DNA of 64,000 bases from Candidatus Staskawiczbacteria bacterium (lineage in GTDB: Bacteria > Patescibacteriota > Minisyncoccia > Minisyncoccales > Staskawiczbacteraceae): NCBI GenBank assembly GCA_026395175.1, contig JAPLZF010000019.1:3115-67114 (forward strand), given 5' to 3'. Each line of letters opens with the position of its first letter. Position 1 is the first letter of the stretch. Both the position numbers and the translations under genes were made by a program. The notes beneath the pieces were generated by a model. The model worked only from the letters and a program-made list of their open reading frames with translations. It searched no databases and was not told the origin of the DNA. Shown here one piece after another: positions 46,373 through 54,945 of this stretch.

Positions 46373-46705
46373 CTAAACATGCATAGCTGTACCCACTATC
46401 GCAAGTATCGAATAAGCAAGAATACCAACTACTATACCTGCTATTCCCCAAATCGCGGCTGTCCTCGCTGTTGCAACTTTTTCTGGAGCTCCTCCTGCTG
46501 TTAAAAACAAAATACCGGCTACCACAAAAGAGATTACAGCTATTGCCCCGAATATCATCCATACAAAAGTTTCAATAGATGTTATTAAATTACCTATATT
46601 TCCAATTCCTCCCACTGTTGGGGGTGTATTTGCATCTAGAGCAAATACCACAACTGGCAAAAGCAAAGCGCCGAGTGAAGCTAAAGTTATTTTAATTTTT
46701 TTCAT
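46373..46705 (-). CDS. VirB2/TrbC-like small membrane protein, paralog d
   Basis: same architecture; loop LTAGGAPEKVATARTA. Confidence 0.6.
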   Translation of the reverse strand: MKKIKITLASLGALLLPVVVFALDANTPPTVGGIGNIGNLITSIETFVWMIFGAIAVISFVVAGILFLTAGGAPEKVATARTAAIWGIAGIVVGILAYSILAIVGTAMHV

Positions 46706-46750
46706 TTTTTTATTTATTTAATTTTTTTAATCATCATTAATCATTGAATC

Positions 46751-46805
46751 GATACTTCGCCCTGAGGCTCAGTATCTCGACCCCGCTCATGCGGAGTTCT
46801 CGACC
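46751..46805 (-). promoter_or_regulatory. Conserved two-hairpin leader element, copy 2
   Basis: minus strand GGTCGAG-AACTCCGC-atga-GCGGGGT-CGAGATACTGAGCC-TCAG-GGCGAAGTATC. Confidence 0.5.
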
Positions 46806-46816
46806 TTTATAAATTT

Positions 46817-47194
46817 TTAAAAGAAATTTTTGAAATAAGTTAATGCTGCGCTTGCCCCAGGTTGTGCTTGCACACCAATAATTCCTTGTATAATTCCAAC
46901 TATTGTTTTTGCCGCTAACCCTATGGCTATTCCAATTATAGCATATACTAAAGCTTTTTTGGCTGTGCCCATTCTTTCAGGACTGCCTGCTGAAGTAAGA
47001 TACAGAATTCCTGCAACCACAATCATCATACCTCCCAAAACTGCGATAAGGTCTCCAACTGCACCGGCAATGCCCAAAAGAAGAGCGGAAAAGTCATTAT
47101 ATTTTAATGGATTTGTTAAACCTTGAGCTGAAACAAAGCTTGCCAAGCAGAATAAATCTACAAATACGACTAAAAAAATTATTTTTTTATTCAT
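46817..47194 (-). CDS. VirB2/TrbC-like small membrane protein, paralog e
   Basis: start moved to MNKKIIFLVV because TATAAT overlaps the track start; loop LTSAGSPERMGTAKKA. Confidence 0.6.
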   Translation of the reverse strand: MNKKIIFLVVFVDLFCLASFVSAQGLTNPLKYNDFSALLLGIAGAVGDLIAVLGGMMIVVAGILYLTSAGSPERMGTAKKALVYAIIGIAIGLAAKTIVGIIQGIIGVQAQPGASAALTYFKNFF

Positions 47195-47201
47195 TAAAGT
47201 C

Positions 47202-47249
47202 ATTATACAACTTTACACAAAATATATGCAACACTCTGCTTGTGGATAA
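47202..47249 (-). promoter_or_regulatory. Promoter of the VirB2-like gene array with upstream TTATCCACA box
   Basis: minus strand TTATCCACA (47241..47249) - 9 nt - TTGCAT - 18 nt - TATAAT, then 7 nt to ATG (near-leaderless geometry). Confidence 0.55.
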
Positions 47250-47334
47250 TTCATAAACTACAAAATTACTAATCTATACGAATATACTAATAATTCTGTA
47301 TTCGTATATTAGTATTTATTCGTAATTTAGTAGT

Positions 47335-49854
47335 TTACTCTTTTAGGCATGCTCCCGAGGCAACTTTGTCGCCGTCTTCCAACCGCATTATTCTTACCCC
47401 TTGCGTTGCCCTGCCCAACAAAGATATTGATTTTACGCTTGTTCTTATAACCTGGCCTTTTCTGGAAATAACAATCAAATCTTCTTCTTCGGCTGAATCT
47501 TCCAAGATAGATGAAAGTATTGCGTGTCCGGTTTTGCTTGTAATTTTTGCCGCTTTAACTCCAGACCCTCCTCTGCCCTGAATTTTGTACTGGGAAATTT
47601 CTGTGCGCTTTCCATATCCGTTTTCCATAACCATCAACAAATACTGCTTTGCCTTATTTTTGTCTATGACATCCATTCCAATAACTTCGTCTCCGCCCTT
47701 CAAGCGCAAACCTTTTACTCCGGCAGCTCCTCTGCCCATAGGCCTTATATCTTTCTCTTTAAATCTGATAGAAATTCCGTTTTTGGTTGCCAAAATTATG
47801 TCATTTTCGCCTGTTGTTTTAACAACTTTTTTCAAGGCATCTCCTTTTTCAAGCTTTATGGCAATAATTCCGGATTTTCTGACATTTTCAAATTCCGACA
47901 AATCTGTCTTTTTAATTCTGCCGTTTTTTGTAATCATTACCAAATATTTCTCTTTACTGACAGCTTCTTTGCCGGGAGCCGGTTTTTCCATTGGCACTAA
48001 CGACAAAACCTTTTCTTCGTTGGAAAGCTCCAAAAAGTTTAAAAGTCCTCGGCCTCTGGCGACCCTGTTGCCTTCCGGAATTTCGTAAACCTGTGTTTGG
48101 AAAACTTTTCCGGAATCTGTAAAAAACATTAAATTGTCATGCGTTGAGGCGGTCAAAAAATGCTCAACAATGTCGTCTTGCATTGTTTTCATTCCCATAA
48201 TTCCTTTTCCGCCTCGTTTTTGAATTTTGTAAGTTGCAGGATTTATGCGTTTTATGTATCCGCCGGTTGTTAAAGTAACAATTGTTTCTTCTAAAGGAAC
48301 CAAGTCAACTTCGGTAATTTCTCCCAGCTTTCCTTTGACAACTTTTGTTCTTCTTTTATCTCCAAATTTTTCTTTCAGTTCTAAAAACTCTTTTTTGATA
48401 ATAGATTTCAGTCTTTCCGGGCTCTTCAAAATTGCCATCAAGTCTTTTATTTGCTCTAAAATTGCTTTCAGCTCGTCTTCTATCTTTTTTCTTTCCAATC
48501 CTGCCAGTGTTTGAAGCCTCATTTCCAAAATTGCCACTGCCTGTCTTTCGGTAAGCTTAAATTTTTTAATTAAATTGACTCGGGCTTCTTCCTTATCTGC
48601 TGATTTTTTAATTGTTTGAATAACCGCGTCAATATTTTTTAAAGCAACCATTAAGCCCTCTAAAATGTGCGCCCGCTCTTTGGCTTTTTCTAAGTCATAT
48701 TTTGTTCTGCGGGTTACAACCTCTTCTCTGTGCTTGATAAAATATTTTAAAACATCTGACAAAGACAAAATTTCAGGCTGAATGCCGTCAACCAAAGCCA
48801 GCAAATTCAAGTGGAAAGTTTTTTGCAAACTTGTAAATTTATAAAGCCTGTTTAATGTCCTTTGAGGCTGAAATCCTCTTTTTATATCAATAACAATTCT
48901 CATTCCTTCCCTGTCTGACAAATCGCGAATGTCTTTTATTCCTTCAATTTTCTTTTCAGAAACCAATTCCGCCATTTGCTCAACCAAAGTTGACTTTAAA
49001 ACCTGGTAGGGGATTTCTGTAATTATAATTTGTTCAGAACCGTCTTTTTTTTCTACAACATCTGCTTTGCCTCTCATCAAAATAGCTCCCTTGCCTTGAG
49101 AATAAGCAGAAATTATTTCTTTTTGGTCGTAAATTATTCCGCCGGTTGGAAAATCTGGGCCTTGAATAAATTCAAATAAATCTTCTGTTTCTGCTTTTGG
49201 ATGGTCTAGCAAATGTATAGAAGCATCTAAAACTTCTGTTATGTTGTGGGGCGGAATATTTGTTGCCATCCCAACTGCAATTCCCAAACTTCCATTTAGA
49301 AGCAATTGTGGCAAAGGCGAGGGCAAAACAGTTGGTTCTTGCGTTGAGCCGTCATAGTTATCAATAAACTTAACAGTGTCTCTTTCAATGTCGCGCAGCA
49401 TTTCGTCTCCAATTTTTGACAATCTACACTCTGTATAACGGGCAGCGGCAGCACCATCGCCGTCTATACTGCCAAAGTTTCCTTGGCCGTCAACCAAAGT
49501 GTAGCGCATGTTAAAATCTTGCGCCATTCTGACCAAAGACTCATAAACTGCTGTATCTCCGTGCGGGTGATAACTTTTTAAAACTTCTCCAACAACCGCC
49601 ATAGACTTTCTGTGCTTTGTGTTTGACCGCAATCCAGAATCCATCATTGCATACAAAATCCTTCTGTGGACTGGCTTTAACCCATCTCTGACATCGGGAA
49701 GAGCGCGCGCCACAATAACTGACATTGCATAATCAATGTATGATTCTTTAAGCTCTGTTACCATTTCCCTTTGGCTCACATTTCCTCTGTTGCTGTCTCC
49801 TTGCTTCCCGTCTTCTTGAGCGTGGGCTCTTGATTTTTTATCTTCTTCAGCCAT
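47335..49854 (-). CDS. gyrA: DNA gyrase subunit A
   Basis: 839-aa ORF; active-site region [10 protein letters not shown], GyrA-box-type C-terminal beta-pinwheel repeats. Confidence 0.96.
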   Translation of the reverse strand: MAEEDKKSRAHAQEDGKQGDSNRGNVSQREMVTELKESYIDYAMSVIVARALPDVRDGLKPVHRRILYAMMDSGLRSNTKHRKSMAVVGEVLKSYHPHGDTAVYESLVRMAQDFNMRYTLVDGQGNFGSIDGDGAAAARYTECRLSKIGDEMLRDIERDTVKFIDNYDGSTQEPTVLPSPLPQLLLNGSLGIAVGMATNIPPHNITEVLDASIHLLDHPKAETEDLFEFIQGPDFPTGGIIYDQKEIISAYSQGKGAILMRGKADVVEKKDGSEQIIITEIPYQVLKSTLVEQMAELVSEKKIEGIKDIRDLSDREGMRIVIDIKRGFQPQRTLNRLYKFTSLQKTFHLNLLALVDGIQPEILSLSDVLKYFIKHREEVVTRRTKYDLEKAKERAHILEGLMVALKNIDAVIQTIKKSADKEEARVNLIKKFKLTERQAVAILEMRLQTLAGLERKKIEDELKAILEQIKDLMAILKSPERLKSIIKKEFLELKEKFGDKRRTKVVKGKLGEITEVDLVPLEETIVTLTTGGYIKRINPATYKIQKRGGKGIMGMKTMQDDIVEHFLTASTHDNLMFFTDSGKVFQTQVYEIPEGNRVARGRGLLNFLELSNEEKVLSLVPMEKPAPGKEAVSKEKYLVMITKNGRIKKTDLSEFENVRKSGIIAIKLEKGDALKKVVKTTGENDIILATKNGISIRFKEKDIRPMGRGAAGVKGLRLKGGDEVIGMDVIDKNKAKQYLLMVMENGYGKRTEISQYKIQGRGGSGVKAAKITSKTGHAILSSILEDSAEEEDLIVISRKGQVIRTSVKSISLLGRATQGVRIMRLEDGDKVASGACLKE

Positions 49855-49863
49855 TTAAATTAT

Positions 49864-50013
49864 TTATTTTATTTTTGACAAACTATTCATTGCGCTTACA
49901 ATCCAAAAATATCCCATTATCACAGCCAGAATAACAACAATTGTCCAAAGAATAATCTTTTTTTTCTGTTCTGGCAAATTCTGAAGTTTTATAATAAATT
50001 CTCTAATTTTCAT
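49864..50013 (-). CDS. Small hypothetical membrane protein (49 aa, below ORF-track cutoff)
   Basis: hand translation MKIREFIIKLQNLPEQKKKIILWTIVVILAVIMGYFWIVSAMNSLSKIK; one TM helix; fills the gyrA upstream gap. Confidence 0.3.
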   Translation of the reverse strand: MKIREFIIKLQNLPEQKKKIILWTIVVILAVIMGYFWIVSAMNSLSKIK

Positions 50014-50019
50014 TTAAAA

Positions 50020-50679
50020 TTACGGCTGTAAAACTACTATTTCCATTCCGTCTTTCGACAATGTTGAATCTTTAACAATTAATTTGTCCTGCGGGACAAT
50101 AGAGGGCTTGCCCATTGTTTTTAAAAATTTTGAAACTTCGTCAAGCTTTATTTTGTTTTTTGGCAACGCATAATGCATAGGAATTACAATTCTTGGTTCA
50201 ATTTGCGCAATTATTTTTTGCGCAGCCTGCGAGTCAATTGTGTATCCTTCACCGCCAACAGGAATCATCAAAACATCAACTGCGTCAATTTTTTCCAATT
50301 GTTCGTCTGTTAATTCTTTTTGGCCCAAGTCTCCCAAATGGCAAAATCTTAAATCTTCTGCTTCAATTAAATAAATTGTGTTCTGTCCTTTTTCTTTGCC
50401 TTGTTTGTCGTCATGAAAAGACGGAATGCCTCTTATAAAAACTTCCTTTACTTCATATTCTCCAGGTCCATTTATTACAAAAGGCTCGCCCTTTACAGAT
50501 TTTACATCATTGTGGTCGTAATGGTCGTGAGTAACCAAAACAATGTCAGCTGAAAGATTTGGAAGTTTTAGCCCAATTTTTTCATCATACGGGTCTATTA
50601 CAATGTCAGCCGAGTGATCTCTGGAATTTGAAACTTCAATTTGAAAGCAGGATTGCCCTGCCCAATATATCTTTGCCAT
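50020..50679 (-). CDS. MBL-fold metallo-hydrolase (UPF0173-like)
   Basis: 219-aa ORF; VTHDHYDHND metal-binding motif. Confidence 0.8.
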   Translation of the reverse strand: MAKIYWAGQSCFQIEVSNSRDHSADIVIDPYDEKIGLKLPNLSADIVLVTHDHYDHNDVKSVKGEPFVINGPGEYEVKEVFIRGIPSFHDDKQGKEKGQNTIYLIEAEDLRFCHLGDLGQKELTDEQLEKIDAVDVLMIPVGGEGYTIDSQAAQKIIAQIEPRIVIPMHYALPKNKIKLDEVSKFLKTMGKPSIVPQDKLIVKDSTLSKDGMEIVVLQP

Positions 50680-50691
50680 TTTTAAAAAATT

Positions 50692-51063
50692 TTAAACTAA
50701 TTTGTTTATTTTTAACTCTTTTAACAAACCTGCCATTTTTTCTTTTAGTTCTGGAATATCTTCTTTTATAGTTTTCCAAACCACTTTTATATTTACTCCA
50801 AAATATTCGTGTATCAATTTATTCCTCATCCCCTTTACCTTTGCCCACTTTATTTCGCTGTTTATTTTTTTTATTGATGTGGGAACATTTTTTGTTGCTT
50901 CTCCAATAATTTCTATTGCGCGGACAACTGCATAAATCGTTTTTTTGTCGTTTTGGAACTCTTCAAAACTAAAACCTTCAACAAATTTTTCTATCTCTTC
51001 TATTGAATTATAGATATCTAGAATATAATCCTTATATTCTCTCTTCGACGAATTCTTTTTCAT
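50692..51063 (-). CDS. hepT: HepT-like (DUF86) ribonuclease toxin
   Basis: 123-aa ORF; RNKLIHEY = Rx4HxY motif. Confidence 0.8.
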   Translation of the reverse strand: MKKNSSKREYKDYILDIYNSIEEIEKFVEGFSFEEFQNDKKTIYAVVRAIEIIGEATKNVPTSIKKINSEIKWAKVKGMRNKLIHEYFGVNIKVVWKTIKEDIPELKEKMAGLLKELKINKLV

Positions 51064-51362
51064 ATATAAATTACTTCTTCTAAAATATGCTTTCCAATGT
51101 ATGGCTTCAGAGAATCTTTCATCACCAAATCAATTTTAGTTCCCAAAAGTTTTTTCAAATAATCCTCCAAATCCATAAGTTTAAAAAGGCTTGGCTCATC
51201 AATAAACTCAACCAAGATATCAATATCGCTTCCTTTCCTTTGTTCGCCACGTGAATACGAACCAAAAACGCCGATTTTTTTTACCAAAAATTGTTCTTTC
51301 AAAAATTGCTCGGAATTCTTCAATTCTTCTTTTACATTTTTAAGTTTCGCCAAATTTTTCAT
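51060..51362 (-). CDS. mntA: MntA-like nucleotidyltransferase antitoxin
   Basis: 100-aa ORF; GVFGSYSRGEQRKGSDIDILV (GSx10DxD) motif; 4-nt overlap with hepT. Confidence 0.8.
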   Translation of the reverse strand: MKNLAKLKNVKEELKNSEQFLKEQFLVKKIGVFGSYSRGEQRKGSDIDILVEFIDEPSLFKLMDLEDYLKKLLGTKIDLVMKDSLKPYIGKHILEEVIYI

Positions 51363-51428
51363 AATTTATTATATCTTATTTTATCACAAAACAAATTTCA
51401 CTTCAAGTCCATTAAATGTGCCGATCAA

Positions 51429-51456
51429 GTCGGTGGGACGTCGGACGTCCCACCAC
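51429..51456. repeat. GC-rich palindrome family 1, copy flanking the RAYT gene 3' end
   Basis: GTCGGTGGGACGTCGGACGTCCCACCAC, 9 nt after the stop codon. Confidence 0.9.
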
Positions 51457-51464
51457 TATCAATG

Positions 51465-52199
51465 TTATTCTAACGCCAATTTTTCAAGATCTGGTAGCTT
51501 ATTCTTATTTTTTATCCAGCCGTCAATTCCAGCTCTACATCCTACTGGACCACCCATAAACTCCAAAAAGAAATCTCTTTGCGTTACCGAAGGAAAAGTT
51601 TTTTTACCTAAATAATCAACATAACTGTGGCGCTTATTGTTTTCCAAAAATTCTTTGACTTTTTTGGGATTTTTTATCCCTTTTTCCTTCCAGCCGGGCT
51701 CAATTATAGAAATTAGATTAGCGTGCACATATAAAAATGCATTTCTCAATTGGTCGTCGTCCTTAATATGAACTGCACGAAATTTATTAAAAAGATGCCC
51801 CATACGCTGATATTTCTTGTTAAAATATTTAGCGTATCCGCCATTAACTTTTTTCATGAATTCAGTTATACCATTGTCCTCTAACTGCTTTACAATTAAA
51901 TGTAAATGATTGGGCATAAAGGAAAAAGCAAGCACATCCACTAATTTATCTCTCTCGTCAATATATTCAGAAAGGTGGGATGTCGGACGTCCCACCGACT
52001 CTCTTTCTTGCTTCTTAAATCTATTACGAGCCCTTCTCCGTTCCCAAATTTCTACCTTTTTACTATTATTAAATTCGTAAATAGAAAAAATACCGCGATA
52101 AAAATCACTCTCGTCAACAAAAATAACTGTGTCTCCGACGGCCCTGCTCACGACATGATAAATTTCGTCGTTAACTAAAAGAGGTTTGATATAACTCAT
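51465..52199 (-). CDS. IS200/IS605-family Y1 (HUH) transposase, RAYT-like
   Basis: start moved to MSYIKPLLVNDEIYHVVSRAV; HUH motif MPNHLHLIV; later FLYVHANL Tyr region; the track ORF N-terminal extension runs through a repeat and overlaps the next gene. Confidence 0.7.
   Translation of the reverse strand: MSYIKPLLVNDEIYHVVSRAVGDTVIFVDESDFYRGIFSIYEFNNSKKVEIWERRRARNRFKKQERESVGRPTSHLSEYIDERDKLVDVLAFSFMPNHLHLIVKQLEDNGITEFMKKVNGGYAKYFNKKYQRMGHLFNKFRAVHIKDDDQLRNAFLYVHANLISIIEPGWKEKGIKNPKKVKEFLENNKRHSYVDYLGKKTFPSVTQRDFFLEFMGGPVGCRAGIDGWIKNKNKLPDLEKLALE
51974..51999. repeat. GC-rich palindrome family 1 copy inside the RAYT CDS
   Basis: GGTGGGATGTCGGACGTCCCACCGAC; encodes SVGRPTSHLS in frame. Confidence 0.9.
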
Positions 52200-52249
52200 T
52201 TTTTTTATTTTATTTATTATATTATTTATTATACCAAAAATAATTAAAA

Positions 52250-52275
52250 GGTGGGATGTCGGACGTCCCACCGAC
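52250..52275. repeat. GC-rich palindrome family 1 copy upstream of the RAYT gene
   Basis: GGTGGGATGTCGGACGTCCCACCGAC, 51 nt upstream of the ATG. Confidence 0.9.
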
Positions 52276-52297
52276 TCGCTAAACTGTTTTCTGCAAA

Positions 52298-52330
52298 AAA
52301 AATCCCCACCTATGCTAGCGTGGGGCCTTG
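52298..52330 (-). terminator. Hairpin CCCCAC-loop-GTGGGG plus T-run after the 52357.. gene
   Basis: minus strand GGCCCCACGCTAGCATAGGTGGGGATTTTTTTT. Confidence 0.6.
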
Positions 52331-52356
52331 CCTGAAAAAACGGAAAGTGAGCGTTG

Positions 52357-52767
52357 CTACGCTCGGGAAGCGAGCTCTCTGATGTTGGCAAACTCTCGAC
52401 TGGACGCCAGCTTTTTCTTTGAGATACCAACTTTGAGAGATGGATTGTCTGCTAGAATTCGGTCAGTCTGTAAGGCGAGTTTCTCCAAGCTCGTTGCAGC
52501 TACCTGATATTCGGGAAGACTGGCGCTTGGTTTTGGCATATGCATTTCCGCAGTATCACACAGCCGCAGACATTCAGCAACGAGCGTGTAAAAAGGCTCC
52601 CCCAACTCCGGTTTAACCGCTCGCAATTCGTTCACGCCCTCCCATGCTGCAACCCGTAAACAGTACTTCTTCGATTTGGCATCTGGGGTAGCCAAATACG
52701 CCAACGCCATATCCAAGACGCTCATCAGTATTTCATTCACCTCCGAAAAATCACCCAATCTACACAT
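52357..52767 (-). CDS. Hypothetical protein in GC-rich island
   Basis: start moved to MCRLGDFSEV (AAGGA 8 nt upstream); GC-rich; no motif recognised. Confidence 0.45.
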   Translation of the reverse strand: MCRLGDFSEVNEILMSVLDMALAYLATPDAKSKKYCLRVAAWEGVNELRAVKPELGEPFYTLVAECLRLCDTAEMHMPKPSASLPEYQVAATSLEKLALQTDRILADNPSLKVGISKKKLASSREFANIRELASRA

Positions 52768-52833
52768 ATTGTTTTCCTTAAAGGTTGCATTCCCATTCCA
52801 ATCAATACTTACTCTCCTTGTCTTCAAATAGAA

Positions 52834-53325
52834 TCACCTACTATTAACGAGCCAGATGTGACGGCCGGTGTCCAGGGTAGAGCAATCCCAGCATAAGCCA
52901 GTTTCGCCCATGTGGTCCACGAAGGGGAAATAATTGAAGCTATCCCCTTGTTTAAGGAACGAGTTGTCGGGAATCCCGATAAACCCTCCACAATGGGGAA
53001 AGATTGTCTGGAGAAGTTCTTGAAGGCGACCATAATCCAAAAACGCCGCCACCCACTGTCCGGAAATCTGGCCATATTCCTCCTCCAACGCCTCTGTGGC
53101 ATTAGCACCATTAGCCATACCGGCTCCCCAACCACACTCGACCAGTGCAAACCTCTGGGTGATTGCACTTTCTACTGCAACTGGTTCAGCGTTGTCCCGC
53201 CTTCTCCGTCCTCTCCATTCAAAGCGAGGAGATAGCCTGCTTGCGACAGCAAGCGGGGAATTCTCGGGAGCAACGCCGTCAAGCGTCAACTCGATGGGTT
53301 CCCATTTCAATGTTATCAATTGCAT
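52834..53325 (-). CDS. Possible SMI1/KNR4 (SUKH)-family immunity-like protein in GC-rich island
   Basis: 163-aa ORF; LEEEYGQISGQWVAAFLDYG and FPFVDHMGETGLCWDCS...GRHIWLV resemble the two conserved SUKH-1 blocks; by eye only. Confidence 0.4.
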   Translation of the reverse strand: MQLITLKWEPIELTLDGVAPENSPLAVASRLSPRFEWRGRRRRDNAEPVAVESAITQRFALVECGWGAGMANGANATEALEEEYGQISGQWVAAFLDYGRLQELLQTIFPHCGGFIGIPDNSFLKQGDSFNYFPFVDHMGETGLCWDCSTLDTGRHIWLVNSR

Positions 53326-53483
53326 GACATACCCTTTCTCTGTTATGTTCCCATTCCAATGCTTACACGCTTTAAATTACAAGATTTTGCAATCTAAAGC
53401 GTGCAAGCATAAATTTTATTAACAAAGAACTATTAATCACTTTGTCCTGGATTATATAAAATCTACATAATTATGTCAACAGC

Positions 53484-53512
53484 TTGCAAAAATTAAACTA
53501 ATGGTGTATATT
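53484..53512 (+). promoter_or_regulatory. Candidate rpsA promoter
   Basis: TTGCAA - 17 nt - (TGt)TATATT; would give a leader of about 200 nt. Confidence 0.4.
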
Positions 53513-53726
53513 TGATATATTAATTAGTAACACTGCTGACCCTTCAACTTCATTCAGGGTAGACCTGCAGCAGGATCCTTCGGCTCGCTCATTTGAGCTC
53601 GCTCAGGAGAGAAAAATAAACAGGGAATTTTTTATTGAAAAATTATAGAAATTGCTAACACAATTTATATAATTTATCGCTCGGTCGATATGAAAATAAA
53701 TTTTCATATCTTCCTCACTCAAAATT

Positions 53727-54806
53727 ATGATAAAAGATATAATTAAAAAAGTAGACACAGCTTCTCCACAGCTTTCGGTTGGTTCAACAGTTGAAGGAAA
53801 AGTTGTTGCCAGAGATCGCTCGTCTCTTTTCATTGATTTGGGCATTCATGGAACCGGCATCATATATGGAAGGGAGTTTTACAATGTCAAAGAAATTGCA
53901 AAAAGCCTTGAAATTGGCGACAAAGTTCATGCCAAAATTGTGGAAATGGAAAACGATGAAGGATACAAAGAACTTTCATTGAAAGATGCCACAAAAGAAA
54001 TCAGCTGGCAAAGATTGAAAGAATTAAGAGATTCAGAGCAGGTTTTAAGCGTAAGAGTTATGGGAGTCAACAAAGGCGGACTTTTGACATCTTTAGACGG
54101 CATTCAGGCTTTCTTGCCTGTTTCGCAACTGGCTCCAGAGCACTACCCTCGAGTGGCAGATGCAGACAAATCAAAAATTCTAAAAGAATTGCAAAAATTT
54201 ATTGGTAAAACTTTGGAAGTAAAAATTCTTGACTTGCTGGCTTCAGAGAATAAACTAATTTTGTCTGAAAAAGCAAAGTCTGAAGAAAAAACCAAAGAAA
54301 CTTTGAAAAACTACAAAAGAGGAGACATTATTGACGGAGAAATAACCGGAATTGCCGACTTTGGAGCTTTTATTAAATTTCCTGTTGATGTTGAAGACAA
54401 AAACGACCAAATTGAAGGCTTAATTCACATTTCAGAGCTTGATTGGCAATTGGTTGAAAATCCTGCAGAAGTTGTGAAAGTTGGAGAAGCAGTCAAAGCT
54501 CAAATTATCAACATAAACAACAACCAGGTTTTTCTTTCTTTAAAATCATTAAAGAAAAATCCTTGGGAAGAAATTGAAAAAGAATACAAAAAAGACGACG
54601 TAATAAAAGGAAAAGTAACCAAATTTTCAACTTTTGGGGCTTTTGTGGAATTGGCTCCAAAAATTAGAGGACTTTGCCACATTTCTGAATTTGAGTCAAA
54701 AGAAGAAATGGAAAAGCAATTGGAAATTGGCAAAACCTATGATTTTAAAGTTTTGTTGATAGAACCAAAAGAACACAGAATGAGCTTGAAATTAGTTAAG
54801 GAATAA
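53727..54806 (+). CDS. rpsA: 30S ribosomal protein S1 (four S1 domains)
   Basis: 359-aa ORF with four repeats of the S1 OB-fold pattern (G..V.G.V....G.F..L....G..H.SE). Confidence 0.85.
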   Translation: MIKDIIKKVDTASPQLSVGSTVEGKVVARDRSSLFIDLGIHGTGIIYGREFYNVKEIAKSLEIGDKVHAKIVEMENDEGYKELSLKDATKEISWQRLKELRDSEQVLSVRVMGVNKGGLLTSLDGIQAFLPVSQLAPEHYPRVADADKSKILKELQKFIGKTLEVKILDLLASENKLILSEKAKSEEKTKETLKNYKRGDIIDGEITGIADFGAFIKFPVDVEDKNDQIEGLIHISELDWQLVENPAEVVKVGEAVKAQIININNNQVFLSLKSLKKNPWEEIEKEYKKDDVIKGKVTKFSTFGAFVELAPKIRGLCHISEFESKEEMEKQLEIGKTYDFKVLLIEPKEHRMSLKLVKE

Positions 54807-54821
54807 AAAAACAAACAAAAA

Positions 54822-54846
54822 AGCTGGGTCCGACCTAGCTTTTTTG
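54822..54846 (+). terminator. rpsA terminator
   Basis: AGCTGGGT-ccg-ACCTAGCT followed by TTTTTTG. Confidence 0.65.
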
Positions 54847-54857
54847 TTTTAGAAAAC

Positions 54858-54886
54858 TTGACAAATACGGCATTGTTTTATAGAAT
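54858..54886 (+). promoter_or_regulatory. Promoter of the NYN-domain gene
   Basis: TTGACA - 17 nt - TAGAAT. Confidence 0.6.
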
Positions 54887-54945
54887 AACATTGCGGGAAA
54901 AGGCTCATTAACATTAACATTTTATAAGTTACAAGGAGTTGTGTG

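Larger units (their letters stand above)
51429..52275 (-). mobile_element. REP/RAYT-like module (Y1 transposase gene bracketed by its palindromes)
   Basis: palindrome copies at 51429..51456 and 52250..52275 flank, and 51974..51999 lies within, the transposase-like CDS. Confidence 0.6.

Noticed and set aside
46308-46562. 84-aa minus-strand ORF overlapping VirB2-like paralog d in another frame
   Set aside because: The overlapping 110-aa frame has the conserved signal peptide and two-TM pilin-like architecture shared with four neighbours.
21597-47249. TTATCCACA boxes as a replication origin (oriC)
   Set aside because: The boxes are single and kilobases apart, not clustered with an AT-rich unwinding element. 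No dnaA or dnaN gene is adjacent, and each sits at a fixed distance from a promoter.
15997-52275. Possibility that the dispersed palindromes represent a CRISPR array
   Set aside because: Copies are tens of kilobases apart or irregularly spaced, lie inside genes, and have no uniform spacers. The single Cas2-fold-like gene has no other cas genes nearby.
52200-52430. N-terminal extension of the transposase ORF (track start 52430)
   Set aside because: The extension reads through the upstream palindrome and overlaps the 3' end of the neighbouring gene. The conserved IS200/RAYT N-terminus begins at MSYIKPLL (52199).
52824-53422. Alternative ORFs overlapping the 163-aa gene (52824..53168 minus; 52912..53235 and 53096..53422 plus)
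   Set aside because: The same GC-rich artefact applies. The 52834..53325 frame is longest, has an upstream SD-like AAAGGG and shows SUKH-like blocks. Confidence in this choice is only moderate.
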